Virus record (IMG/VR): IMGVR_UViG_3300031576_000004
Span: 1-64,000 of that record
Length of the DNA stretch: 64,000 nt
From: a virus
Strand: one strand, 5' to 3'
The translations under genes were made by a program, and so were the position numbers. The notes under the pieces were generated by a model. The model saw only the letters and a list, made by a program, of their open reading frames with translations. It was not told the origin of the DNA and made no database searches. Below are positions 1-8,284 of the stretch, piece after piece (within the stretch, counting starts at the first letter, position 1; the number at the start of each line of letters is the position of its first letter).

Positions 1-2
1 AG

Positions 3-278
3 GTTACTTATGTCGATATTACGTGCTGGCTAAAGAATGCCGAGCGCGTTGCTGAATGGGCAAAGAAAGGTACATCTCTCCTGGTTGAGGGGCGGCTACA
101 TCTTGACCAGTGGGAAAACAAAGAAGACGGGAAGCCGCGCCAAAAGCTTAAGGTAATCATGGATTATTTCCAGGTCCTTAATCGCGGAAGAGGCCGAGAC
201 GAGGGCAACCCAGAAGCACCTCAAACTGAGACTGCTCAGGCCACACCAGAAATCCCACAAGACGAAATCCCTTTTTAG
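3..278 (+). CDS. ssb: Single-stranded DNA-binding protein, 5'-truncated
   Basis: Frame from nt 3 reads VTYVDITCW...KKGTSLLVEGRLHLDQWE...and ends in the acidic SSB tail PQDEIPF*. Confidence 0.93.
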   Translation, partial: VTYVDITCWLKNAERVAEWAKKGTSLLVEGRLHLDQWENKEDGKPRQKLKVIMDYFQVLNRGRGRDEGNPEAPQTETAQATPEIPQDEIPF

Positions 279-659
279 ATGCCCATCCCAAGACCTGAAA
301 AACTCGGTATCCGCGGGATACAGGTAATGAGCGGAATTGTTTCCGTTTATTACGACATCCTTGATAAGGACGGAAGTCCGATCGACGCTTTAAATCCAGG
401 CGACGCGATGTTCAGAAAATACTGCTTCTCGCTATCCGAGATTAAAGAGCTCGAAAAGATGTACATTGGCATGATTGAGAAGATCGACGAGATGACACAA
501 TTCGGCGACAATCCTGTTATTCAAAAGCCTGAGTCGGTGGGATCAGACGTTACTGATCCTCTCGTTAGGCGGAAGCCAGGCCGCCCGAGAAAGGTTCAAC
601 CAGCTGAGCCGGCGAAGTTCACGCCACCAGAAGATTCTGGAACGTCAGCCGTAGGGTAA
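279..659 (+). CDS. Hypothetical protein with AT-hook-like RRKPGRPRK
   Basis: ORF abutting ssb stop; GRPRK motif. Confidence 0.7.
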   Translation: MPIPRPEKLGIRGIQVMSGIVSVYYDILDKDGSPIDALNPGDAMFRKYCFSLSEIKELEKMYIGMIEKIDEMTQFGDNPVIQKPESVGSDVTDPLVRRKPGRPRKVQPAEPAKFTPPEDSGTSAVG

Positions 660-661
660 CC

Positions 662-1012
662 ATGCCAACCGACAAACGAGCGACATTCGAAGACGCCGCA
701 AAAAAAGCAGGCTTGAAGCATCGTATTAATAGAGATTTCCGCTGTTGTTGGCCTAAATGCAGAGATGAGCAGACCGGCGTGATTATTGGCTGGGGATTGT
801 GCGATAAGCACGATGTCGCTGTGTGGAAGATTCAGGACAAGATGAATGAAAAGCTAGACAAGCTTATTCAGGCAGCACAACCACGACAACCAGATCCGGC
901 ACCAGTCAAACAACCAGACGCTATCGCCAGGCCAAGCATCAAAACTGATACAATCAAAGAGCCTATTATTAAAGCGGCAGCAGGACAGGGAGATTTCTTC
1001 CTGAAACTATAA
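662..1012 (+). CDS. Hypothetical protein, Cys/His motif
   Basis: ORF in gene chain; CxxxxC...LCDKH. Confidence 0.65.
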   Translation: MPTDKRATFEDAAKKAGLKHRINRDFRCCWPKCRDEQTGVIIGWGLCDKHDVAVWKIQDKMNEKLDKLIQAAQPRQPDPAPVKQPDAIARPSIKTDTIKEPIIKAAAGQGDFFLKL

Positions 1013-1599
1013 TGAATATATTCTTTGATGTCGACGACACCCTAATAGAACCGAAGACAAGAATACTAAGGCCACATGCCAAAGAGGTTATAGATAAGCT
1101 TCGCCGGCAGGGGCACTTAGTGTTCATGTGGTCAGGACGCGGAAAAGAAAACGCTTCTGATGCGGCCCTTTGGAACAACCTAGAAGCGGACGGGTTCTTC
1201 AGGAAGCCTGAAGGCCTATATGCAATTCATCTGCGCGAGGTTGGGATTTACTTTAGGCCAGACTTCTGCATTGATGATCACGATGAAGGGCTTGTTCGTG
1301 TATACGGCGGAGAAATTGTAAAGCCATATAGCGACATAGATATAAAAGACTCTGAGCTTCTCAGGGTGTTAAAACTCATCGAAGAGAGCGAGGCCCATGG
1401 CTTCAAGCCGATTGAAAAACAAACCAAAGAAGAAGAGTTCGAAATTGATAATGAAGGAGCTGATGAAGAGCCTGATCTCGATGGCAAACGAAAAGTCAGA
1501 GCTCGAGAAAAGAAACGAGCGGATCATGGCCCTTCTGAAGAGGTGCCGCACTTCCAGGTTAAACCCTCAGGCGACAACCCAGATATCCCTGGAACTTAG
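1012..1599 (+). CDS. HAD-superfamily hydrolase/phosphatase
   Basis: FDVDDTL motif I, WSG motif II, K, IDD motif IV. Confidence 0.8.
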   Translation: MNIFFDVDDTLIEPKTRILRPHAKEVIDKLRRQGHLVFMWSGRGKENASDAALWNNLEADGFFRKPEGLYAIHLREVGIYFRPDFCIDDHDEGLVRVYGGEIVKPYSDIDIKDSELLRVLKLIEESEAHGFKPIEKQTKEEEFEIDNEGADEEPDLDGKRKVRAREKKRADHGPSEEVPHFQVKPSGDNPDIPGT

Positions 1600-1738
1600 T
1601 GATCATGGTTATAGAGTCTGGGTGGACTCTGTTATGCCAACAACAATCGAAGAACATAAAGCAATATGCCAGTCCGTCTCAGCGGCTGTTATAAGCGCTG
1701 TTGAACTTGGCCGCGGTAACCAACAAATTCAGGTATAA
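1397..1738 (+). CDS. Hypothetical coiled-coil protein overlapping HAD gene tail
   Basis: Fills the gap to the RNase H-like gene; about 200-nt overlap lowers confidence. Confidence 0.5.
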   Translation: MASSRLKNKPKKKSSKLIMKELMKSLISMANEKSELEKRNERIMALLKRCRTSRLNPQATTQISLELSDHGYRVWVDSVMPTTIEEHKAICQSVSAAVISAVELGRGNQQIQV

Positions 1739-1742
1739 GGAC
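1732..1742 (+). promoter_or_regulatory. Phage promoter-like motif GGTATAAGGAC
   Basis: One of 7 GGTATAAG copies noticed, all on + strand near gene starts; ATG at 1748 without RBS. Confidence 0.6.
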
Positions 1743-1747
1743 ATACT

Positions 1748-2446
1748 ATGGAACAAGTAACTATCTACACAACTCAGATCTGCCCCGAAAGGGGCAAAGC
1801 TGGCGCATGGGCTAGCCGCACTATCTTTGGCGAGAAGGATGTAACTCAGAGCGCTTATGGAGAAACCACGTCTCCTGGGGAGTTGGATCTCCTGGCTGCG
1901 CTTGGGTCGATTGAATCTCTTACGTCAGACAAGCCGCTCCAGATCTCGCTCCGTTCCCAAAGCTCGTACTTCAACAAAGCAATGAGCGATTGGGTGTATA
2001 AGTGGGAAAGCTCTGGATGGAAAACGAAGCAGGGCGAACCGGTAAAGCATGTTGGTCTCTGGAAGAAGCTTCTTGGCTTCTGCAGAATCCACACGATCGT
2101 AGTTGATTTTGATCAGAGCAAAGAGACGCTGGATGTTTTAAAGGTTCTCGAGAAGGAAGCGCGCCAGGCGATAAAAGAAAAGAAAGCATCCACACGCGAC
2201 TTCAATAAGGCAGCCGTCGAACACAACAAGCAGATCGACACCGCAATCCTTGCTGTTATGAACGACGTTGCCGCACTAACCATCGACGAACGACGCGAAG
2301 CATTGATTAAAGCATTTATGAAATCCCTAAATTTAAAGTCTGCCGCGATCATAACGGGGGCAGAGCTAGAGGAATTCATCGAGTACAAAGACGACGGAGT
2401 AGAAATCCATGCCCCAGGAAAAGGTCAAGGACCAGAGCCTATCTGA
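1748..2446 (+). CDS. RNase HI-like protein with degenerate catalytic residues
   Basis: W...WESSGWKTKQGEPVKHVGLWKKL matches the RNase HI basic protrusion; acidic active-site residues altered. Confidence 0.8.
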   Translation: MEQVTIYTTQICPERGKAGAWASRTIFGEKDVTQSAYGETTSPGELDLLAALGSIESLTSDKPLQISLRSQSSYFNKAMSDWVYKWESSGWKTKQGEPVKHVGLWKKLLGFCRIHTIVVDFDQSKETLDVLKVLEKEARQAIKEKKASTRDFNKAAVEHNKQIDTAILAVMNDVAALTIDERREALIKAFMKSLNLKSAAIITGAELEEFIEYKDDGVEIHAPGKGQGPEPI

Positions 2447-3101
2447 TTTATACGAAGAGACTATCCCTGAGGGATTGGATCTAGAATCTCTCCAGACGGC
2501 CATTGCTGGCATTGAGGCGACAATAGAACGCCTTGAAGCAAAGAAGTCTGTCTTCGAGGAGCAAGCCCAGGTCTTCTCCAGAATCAACAGAAAGAATGAG
2601 CGTGTGGACGAGCGCAAAGAGATGCGCGCGGCGGCGCTGGCTAACAAAGACAAGCGACGAGCCTCCAAGAATCCAACGGTCGAAGAAGCCTTAATTCTTG
2701 GATTGGACGTTCCAGATTCTATTGAACTAGCAAAGAGGAGCAAGGCTGGGTTCGCCTTCCAGCGTATGGAGGCTGTTGGAGATCTTAAAGTGAAACGGCT
2801 AGGAATCACGTTCGATAACGAATTGGACGAAGTGACCGAATTTCTAGAAGACCGTAAAATCCCAAAAGAAGTTATCGAAACAGACGCGCACAGGATCCAC
2901 ACAAGATCAGGAAGAAAGACAATGGTCACATGGCCAATAGCAAAGATGCTGTGGGATCAAGGGTTCCACCTGTCGCGACACACGCATCCAACAACCTACA
3001 ATGGCGAGCGTCCTGGCAAGTGCAGAGCGCACGCAATCGGTTCTATTATCGTTAAACTTCGCACGCGACGCGTGAAGGCAAAGGCAGAAGCAACCACATG
3101 A
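2409..3101 (+). CDS. Hypothetical protein, N-terminal coiled coil
   Basis: 230-aa ORF in gene chain. Confidence 0.7.
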   Translation: MPQEKVKDQSLSDLYEETIPEGLDLESLQTAIAGIEATIERLEAKKSVFEEQAQVFSRINRKNERVDERKEMRAAALANKDKRRASKNPTVEEALILGLDVPDSIELAKRSKAGFAFQRMEAVGDLKVKRLGITFDNELDEVTEFLEDRKIPKEVIETDAHRIHTRSGRKTMVTWPIAKMLWDQGFHLSRHTHPTTYNGERPGKCRAHAIGSIIVKLRTRRVKAKAEATT

Positions 3102-3119
3102 TACAAGGAGTAAAACGAC

Positions 3120-3332
3120 ATGAAATTCGCAGTGAAAGAGAAGAAACTTACCCAGACGGATTTGCTATTGAATCTCCTATCTGACGGCGGGTGGCATGGT
3201 TACAGAGAAATAATTGACTTGTATATCGGAAATCACACCGGTAGGATTTCCGACCTGAGACGGAAAGGGCACAGCATTGTTGGTCGGAAACCGAAGAACT
3301 CAAACGCCTGGGAATATCAGCTTGTAAAATGA
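3120..3332 (+). CDS. Small winged-helix/HTH DNA-binding protein
   Basis: GRISDLRRKGHSI...WEYQL; AAGGAG RBS. Confidence 0.75.
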   Translation: MKFAVKEKKLTQTDLLLNLLSDGGWHGYREIIDLYIGNHTGRISDLRRKGHSIVGRKPKNSNAWEYQLVK

Positions 3333-3982
3333 GCGCAACGGCCGTAGCAAAAGCCGAGATCAAGTCGTGCACCATTTGCACAAGGCAATCAATTGCTAAA
3401 CAGTTATGCCGGAAACATTACATGCAGGTGTTCCGGCACGGCAAATTGCTTCCGCCCTCTGAGGAGCATGGATTCTACCAACAATGCAAAGAAGACGAAT
3501 GCGGCCTCAGGCCGAGAGCACATGGGCTATGTGCGAAACACTACCAGAGATCCAGGCGCAACAAAGAAACTGAATCGCTCAACGGGAAACACCACGAGCC
3601 CGATGTTCCAGCCAGCAACGGAACGCTTGCCTCAAGGTGCGTTTCTGTAGGGTGCAAAAGTTTCGCTGTTGGGAGAGAGCTGTGCCGACTCCACTATATC
3701 TGCTACTGGTCTCTGGTTAGCGGCGGGGCGTGCACATGGGGCGATGTCGACGTCCTTATCCTCACCGAAAGTGAGAATGAATTGTTTACGAAGAAGAGGA
3801 TAGAACTGATAAAAGAGCGCCAAGCGCTAGTGAAACACATGAAGGCGAGCAAGGCCGCGGATATGCCAGAGATGGCTGCGCAGGAGCCTCTGTATGAGGA
3901 TGTCGACCTTGTCGATGATGAAATATCCGAAACTGAGTTTGAAAGGTATCTGGGCACACTTGATATAGAAGGAGACTTTTAG
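3329..3982 (+). CDS. Protein with three Cx(2-4)C...LCxxHY zinc-finger repeats
   Basis: LCRKHY, LCAKHY, LCRLHY. Confidence 0.75.
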   Translation: MSATAVAKAEIKSCTICTRQSIAKQLCRKHYMQVFRHGKLLPPSEEHGFYQQCKEDECGLRPRAHGLCAKHYQRSRRNKETESLNGKHHEPDVPASNGTLASRCVSVGCKSFAVGRELCRLHYICYWSLVSGGACTWGDVDVLILTESENELFTKKRIELIKERQALVKHMKASKAADMPEMAAQEPLYEDVDLVDDEISETEFERYLGTLDIEGDF

Positions 3983-3985
3983 CTA

Positions 3986-4402
3986 ATGAGCAAGAACACA
4001 GCCATCACGATGACAGAAGAGAACAGGAAGCTTCTTAAGGGCGGCGGAGTCCTTTATGTTCCGTGCGATGACCCAGACGCTTTTGGTGCAAAGCGGCTAG
4101 TTGTTCTCGCAGAGAACCTTGACCCAACATGCATGACGCTTCTCTCAGATTTCCTTGACAGCTATGCAAAGCGTAGTGGGGTGGCGGCGAAGCTCAGCTT
4201 TATCGCGAAATCAAACGATCCAGACAGGAGCGCTCGCCCACAGATCGTTCCTCTTCCAATGCCGCAGAACGCATCCAGGGAAACGACGGCCAAGTCAATG
4301 GCTGGCGAAGACTTCATCAAGAAGATGAACACGAAAGACTCAAAAAAGTCTGCTCAAGAAGCTCCGAAGGACACCAATTGGCTGAAAGACAGCAAGGAGT
4401 AA
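3986..4402 (+). CDS. Hypothetical protein
   Basis: ORF with AGGAG RBS. Confidence 0.7.
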   Translation: MSKNTAITMTEENRKLLKGGGVLYVPCDDPDAFGAKRLVVLAENLDPTCMTLLSDFLDSYAKRSGVAAKLSFIAKSNDPDRSARPQIVPLPMPQNASRETTAKSMAGEDFIKKMNTKDSKKSAQEAPKDTNWLKDSKE

Positions 4403-4412
4403 CAGTAGTCCT

Positions 4413-5255
4413 ATGGATGGAGAAGAGAAGACCGGCGAACAAAAACTGATCAATGATGTTATTCTCTGCGCGGTCGCAAAGAAGTTCGGGCATGATCCCG
4501 AGAAGATGATGGAAAAGGCCTGTGAGGCCGAGAAGATCATCCAGCATGCCGCAAGGACACTCCCAGTCGACAAAGCGTTGGATGTCGCTGCGTGGGCGGT
4601 CATGTCTATAATTCCTGTTCAGCTCACAAGAGCAAGAGTCGCAGCTATGTTGGTTGGAGATCACAAGTGTGATCCTAGCTGTGGCCCGCAAGCGTTGGCA
4701 CTTCCGGTGCAAATCCTTAAGAGAGACGATATCGATGAATTCCAAAATTTAAACAACGGGGAAGACGTCTATAATGTTCTTATAGACCAAGCCCTCATCA
4801 AGTGCGGTGACAAGGAAGAGTTTCCTGCCACCGCCATATTTATTACAAAGGATGAGGTCCGTTTTTTGGATGTATCTCGATTCTTCAATCTTGGGGAATT
4901 TCCACCGGAGGCGGGTAAGGACATTGCTGCATCTTTGCTAAAGTCCATTGCGCAATCGCATGGACAAGACCTCCAGGGGCTATGCTTCGTCAGCGAAGTA
5001 TGGTACTCAAAACCTTCCTTGTCGCAGACCAGTCAGCTGGTCCCACCTAGCGAAGATCCGCATCGACGGGAAGCCCTCATGTTCAATCTTGAGTGGACCG
5101 GACAAGAACCGATTATGAAAATCCGTCCGTTCACCAGAACCTCTGATGGCGCTATTCTGTTCGAGGAAGCGGAATCAACACAGGGAGACACTCATACCGG
5201 AAGGTTCAACAATCTTATGCAGCAAGACCTTACTAATCTAGGGAGCGGGGGGTAA
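4413..5255 (+). CDS. Hypothetical protein
   Basis: 280-aa ORF; SEVW...RREAL motif recalls conserved phage hypotheticals. Confidence 0.75.
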   Translation: MDGEEKTGEQKLINDVILCAVAKKFGHDPEKMMEKACEAEKIIQHAARTLPVDKALDVAAWAVMSIIPVQLTRARVAAMLVGDHKCDPSCGPQALALPVQILKRDDIDEFQNLNNGEDVYNVLIDQALIKCGDKEEFPATAIFITKDEVRFLDVSRFFNLGEFPPEAGKDIAASLLKSIAQSHGQDLQGLCFVSEVWYSKPSLSQTSQLVPPSEDPHRREALMFNLEWTGQEPIMKIRPFTRTSDGAILFEEAESTQGDTHTGRFNNLMQQDLTNLGSGG

Positions 5256-5270
5256 AACCTCCGCCGTTTT
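5244..5270 (+). terminator. Possible intrinsic terminator
   Basis: GCGGGGGG-TAAAA-CCTCCGC stem followed by TTTT. Confidence 0.45.
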
Positions 5271-5274
5271 AGCT

Positions 5275-5505
5275 ATGAAGCCAAACCCATTTCTTGCGTT
5301 TAACGATCCACAAACACACCAATATGTCTTGGATCTTGAAACAAGAATCAATACACTGGAGATCGCGCTACAGGACATCCTTGACACTCTCAAGTCAAAC
5401 AAAGTTATCACAGATCAGCAGATCGAAGGCGTAATAAGAGCGAGGGTATCAAAGCGCTATGACACAGGAAAACAAGGACCAAGCGAAGGACCAAGAGACG
5501 GTTAG
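5275..5505 (+). CDS. Hypothetical protein
   Basis: ORF in gene chain. Confidence 0.6.
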   Translation: MKPNPFLAFNDPQTHQYVLDLETRINTLEIALQDILDTLKSNKVITDQQIEGVIRARVSKRYDTGKQGPSEGPRDG

Positions 5506-5842
5506 TGACAAGTGGCTTGATGCGACCCCAGAGCGCAAAGAGATAATCTCTCTTGCGATGAGGACTGATAAGGCATTCAAGCAGGTCAGCGATCAATTCG
5601 GTGGGCTATCATTCACCGTTACTCTTCTATATGAAGCTCTGAAGCAGAGCGGAGCCATCAACGAAGGCATCATTAAAAAGGCGCTCGAGAGCATAAAAGC
5701 AAAGACGGAAAGGGCTGGAGAGATCCATGCGATGCAGGTCAGCGACGACGAGAAATTAAAGATTGCAAAGGCAGAGGGGCTTGATGCATACTTTACGAAG
5801 CCGGAGGTGCCTCAAAATGGGAACAGACCACGTCCAAGCTGA
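5459..5842 (+). CDS. Hypothetical protein
   Basis: ORF in gene chain. Confidence 0.65.
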   Translation: MTQENKDQAKDQETVSDKWLDATPERKEIISLAMRTDKAFKQVSDQFGGLSFTVTLLYEALKQSGAINEGIIKKALESIKAKTERAGEIHAMQVSDDEKLKIAKAEGLDAYFTKPEVPQNGNRPRPS

Positions 5843-5984
5843 TTCCGAAGGGATGATAAAGTACGCAGTGGCCTGCCATTGCGCCGAGAATCAAGCCCCG
5901 AAGAAGGAATTCACAAAGCTTGCCTCCACGCACGAGCTGATCTGCAATCACTGCGGACGCGCTTGGCCGGAGCCAAAGAAGTAG
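5817..5984 (+). CDS. Small zinc-binding protein
   Basis: MIKYAVACHC...CNHCG; GGAGG RBS upstream; start uncertain. Confidence 0.5.
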   Translation: MGTDHVQADSEGMIKYAVACHCAENQAPKKEFTKLASTHELICNHCGRAWPEPKK

Positions 5985-6022
5985 CAGCTCTTCCTTGACT
6001 TACATGACTTCACTAGGTTATA

Positions 6023-6391
6023 GTGTTCCTAGTGAAGAAAAAGCCTTTAGCCTCAGGGACTGAATTTTACCGCATCAGCGGGCTGGTCCCGATTTCCGTC
6101 GCCATTAGCAAGGAACGGAAACGGGATCTAGCATCCGCTTCATTCACCTCTGAATGCAGGTCTATCAGAACCTACATCGAAGGAGCTCTCAATCACTACA
6201 TAGCCAATCGAGGCGATTATGAAATTGATGGTAATGGCTTCGATGGTACTATGACCATTTTCATAGATCCAAAGCTCCGGACGCAGCTTCGCATAGAGGC
6301 GACGTCCACAGGAATTACACTAAGGAAACTGGCTGGGTCTGTTCTGACCAGCTATCTAAAAAATGGTTCGAAGGTACTACAGCTTGGATAA
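6023..6391 (+). CDS. Tandem ribbon-helix-helix-like DNA-binding protein
   Basis: Two RHH-like units (ISVAISKERKRDL...; MTIFIDPKLRTQL...LTSYL). Confidence 0.55.
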   Translation: MFLVKKKPLASGTEFYRISGLVPISVAISKERKRDLASASFTSECRSIRTYIEGALNHYIANRGDYEIDGNGFDGTMTIFIDPKLRTQLRIEATSTGITLRKLAGSVLTSYLKNGSKVLQLG

Positions 6392-6728
6392 ACTGTTCGG
6401 GCCAGAAGTAAGAGAAGCCCTGAAAGAGAAGTTCCATGGGTGCTGTGAGTGCTGTGGGAGACCAATCAGAAATGGCGATGGACCGCACCATAAGAAGTAC
6501 CGCTCTAGGCAGGGAAACAATTCCCTCGAGAACGCGGCTGCTCTATGTAGAAGGTGCCACGACCAGACACATCACGCATCTTCAGAAGAATGGAAAATCG
6601 CGACATGCGTTTATAGGACGCCAAGCTTCGCGACCGAAGGCCAGTCTGAACTCGATTTCCCAGACAGATATCCCTATGTCGAGAGATACAAAGAGCTCAG
6701 AATGTGGCCCATGAGTCAGAGGAGCTAG
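6363..6728 (+). CDS. HNH endonuclease
   Basis: CECCG...HHKKYRSRQG...NAAALCRRCH. Confidence 0.88.
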   Translation: MVRRYYSLDKLFGPEVREALKEKFHGCCECCGRPIRNGDGPHHKKYRSRQGNNSLENAAALCRRCHDQTHHASSEEWKIATCVYRTPSFATEGQSELDFPDRYPYVERYKELRMWPMSQRS

Positions 6729-6730
6729 CC

Positions 6731-7525
6731 ATGACGACAGTCGGCTCCACAGCACATATTGGCGATTATAATTTGCACATAAGCTCTGGGACTGGGAATA
6801 GCAGCACGTCGTTCCAGATCACTGGGGGCAGTTCAAATAGCTCATCAGCGATGTGGGTTAAAACAGTAATGGCAAAGATCTATTACTGCTTTGGGATCCC
6901 AATATACATGCAGGATTTCGATAAGGATGGCAAGCCGTTCATGACTGGGGTTGACCCAGTAATGGGAGCAAAGCTTGAATGCGGGTGCTACTGTCTCCCA
7001 GATAATATCGGCTCTAATCCAATCCCATTGTATTTCGAAGATGAGATTGAAGAGCGCGAGATTCATGTAATGCATATGAATGAATGCTCGAAGAGCCACC
7101 ACCACTTCTTTGATCAGAGCGACTGGGACCAAGCTGGTGGAGGATCCACCGGAATCGGACACCCAAACCAGCCATACATAGCCACAGTGCCTAACACAAA
7201 CGAACTGCCGCCGATGCATATCGGTCGTCCTTACAATCCAGGGATAGGCCCCATTGCCGGTGGACCAATTAATCCTTTTCAGCCAACAATAACTCCGACC
7301 GGCTGGACAATGGATTTATCTAAGCTTGATCCTCAAAGCCCGCAAGAAGGCCAACTGTGTTTTGATACAAGAAACCAGACGCTAAAGTTATATGTCGATG
7401 GCAAATGGATTAATAGCGAACGGAGAGCCTTATCTAAAGAAGAGATCGAGCAGCTCTATAACGGCGGAAAAGGGCTAGGCGGCAGCATTGTTTCTGCTTG
7501 GGAGGCCGGAAAAGATGGACTTTAA
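6731..7525 (+). CDS. Hypothetical mosaic protein
   Basis: GGAG RBS; C-terminal PQEGQLCFDT...W and RALSKEEIEQLYN fragments. Confidence 0.65.
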   Translation: MTTVGSTAHIGDYNLHISSGTGNSSTSFQITGGSSNSSSAMWVKTVMAKIYYCFGIPIYMQDFDKDGKPFMTGVDPVMGAKLECGCYCLPDNIGSNPIPLYFEDEIEEREIHVMHMNECSKSHHHFFDQSDWDQAGGGSTGIGHPNQPYIATVPNTNELPPMHIGRPYNPGIGPIAGGPINPFQPTITPTGWTMDLSKLDPQSPQEGQLCFDTRNQTLKLYVDGKWINSERRALSKEEIEQLYNGGKGLGGSIVSAWEAGKDGL

Positions 7526-7859
7526 CATCAGTAGCGCTGCGGTTAGCTTTAATACTGAAGACGTCTGTGGATATAAGGCCGAGTGGGGCACCCATGACGT
7601 TGTGCACCCAAATGGGGATGTTGAACATAAGCTTATCTTCCACATCTACTCTCAGCCGAAGCCAAAGTTCGGAGAGCTGTTAAAGCAGGCGATAAAAGAG
7701 AGCAAGATCCCGAACAAAAGCGAGTGCGAATTCACACAAGAGATGATGTCGTACGATATTATATTCTTTAACGTCTCATCTGGAACAGAGCAAGCTCTTA
7801 AGACAATGCTACTTAAACAGCTGTCTAAGCTCATAACAGAAGCAAGGACAAGTGGTTAG
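7515..7859 (+). CDS. Hypothetical protein
   Basis: GGAGG RBS upstream of ATG 7515. Confidence 0.65.
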   Translation: MDFNISSAAVSFNTEDVCGYKAEWGTHDVVHPNGDVEHKLIFHIYSQPKPKFGELLKQAIKESKIPNKSECEFTQEMMSYDIIFFNVSSGTEQALKTMLLKQLSKLITEARTSG

Positions 7860-8280
7860 AGTTTTATATAATAAGCAGCTAGCTGATTCAATAAGGCAAA
7901 GGCCAGAGCTAACTGAAGTCCGCTTCGTCCTCAAAGGCGTAATCTCTGGCGGCAAGAACAACATGGGCGTGACTAGGACTGGGATCCATTATCCCAATCC
8001 AAAGTTCAAAGCCTGGAGAGATTCAGTGCTACCCCAGATTCCTAGGGTCAGGATGCCCAAAAACAGCCTTGGGATCGAAGTAAAGTACTGGAATGGTGAT
8101 CTACGCCGTAGAGACGTAAGCGGCCTTCTGGACGCGATTTTTCACTGTTTGGAGTTAAAACAGGCTGGGGTCATTGTTGATGACTCGCTAATAGAAGAAG
8201 TCCATTGGCTCCCAATGGGTTTGGATCGTCTCGCTCCTAGGGCCGAGATCCGCCTGTGGGTGCGCCCGAATGCGGTATAA
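7852..8280 (+). CDS. rusA: RusA-family Holliday junction resolvase
   Basis: DLRRRDVSGLLDAIFHCL...GVIVDDS...PRAEI. Confidence 0.8.
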   Translation: MVRVLYNKQLADSIRQRPELTEVRFVLKGVISGGKNNMGVTRTGIHYPNPKFKAWRDSVLPQIPRVRMPKNSLGIEVKYWNGDLRRRDVSGLLDAIFHCLELKQAGVIVDDSLIEEVHWLPMGLDRLAPRAEIRLWVRPNAV

Positions 8281-8284
8281 GAGC
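8274..8284 (+). promoter_or_regulatory. Phage promoter-like motif GGTATAAGAGC
   Basis: Overlaps rusA stop, faces into the non-coding region. Confidence 0.5.
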
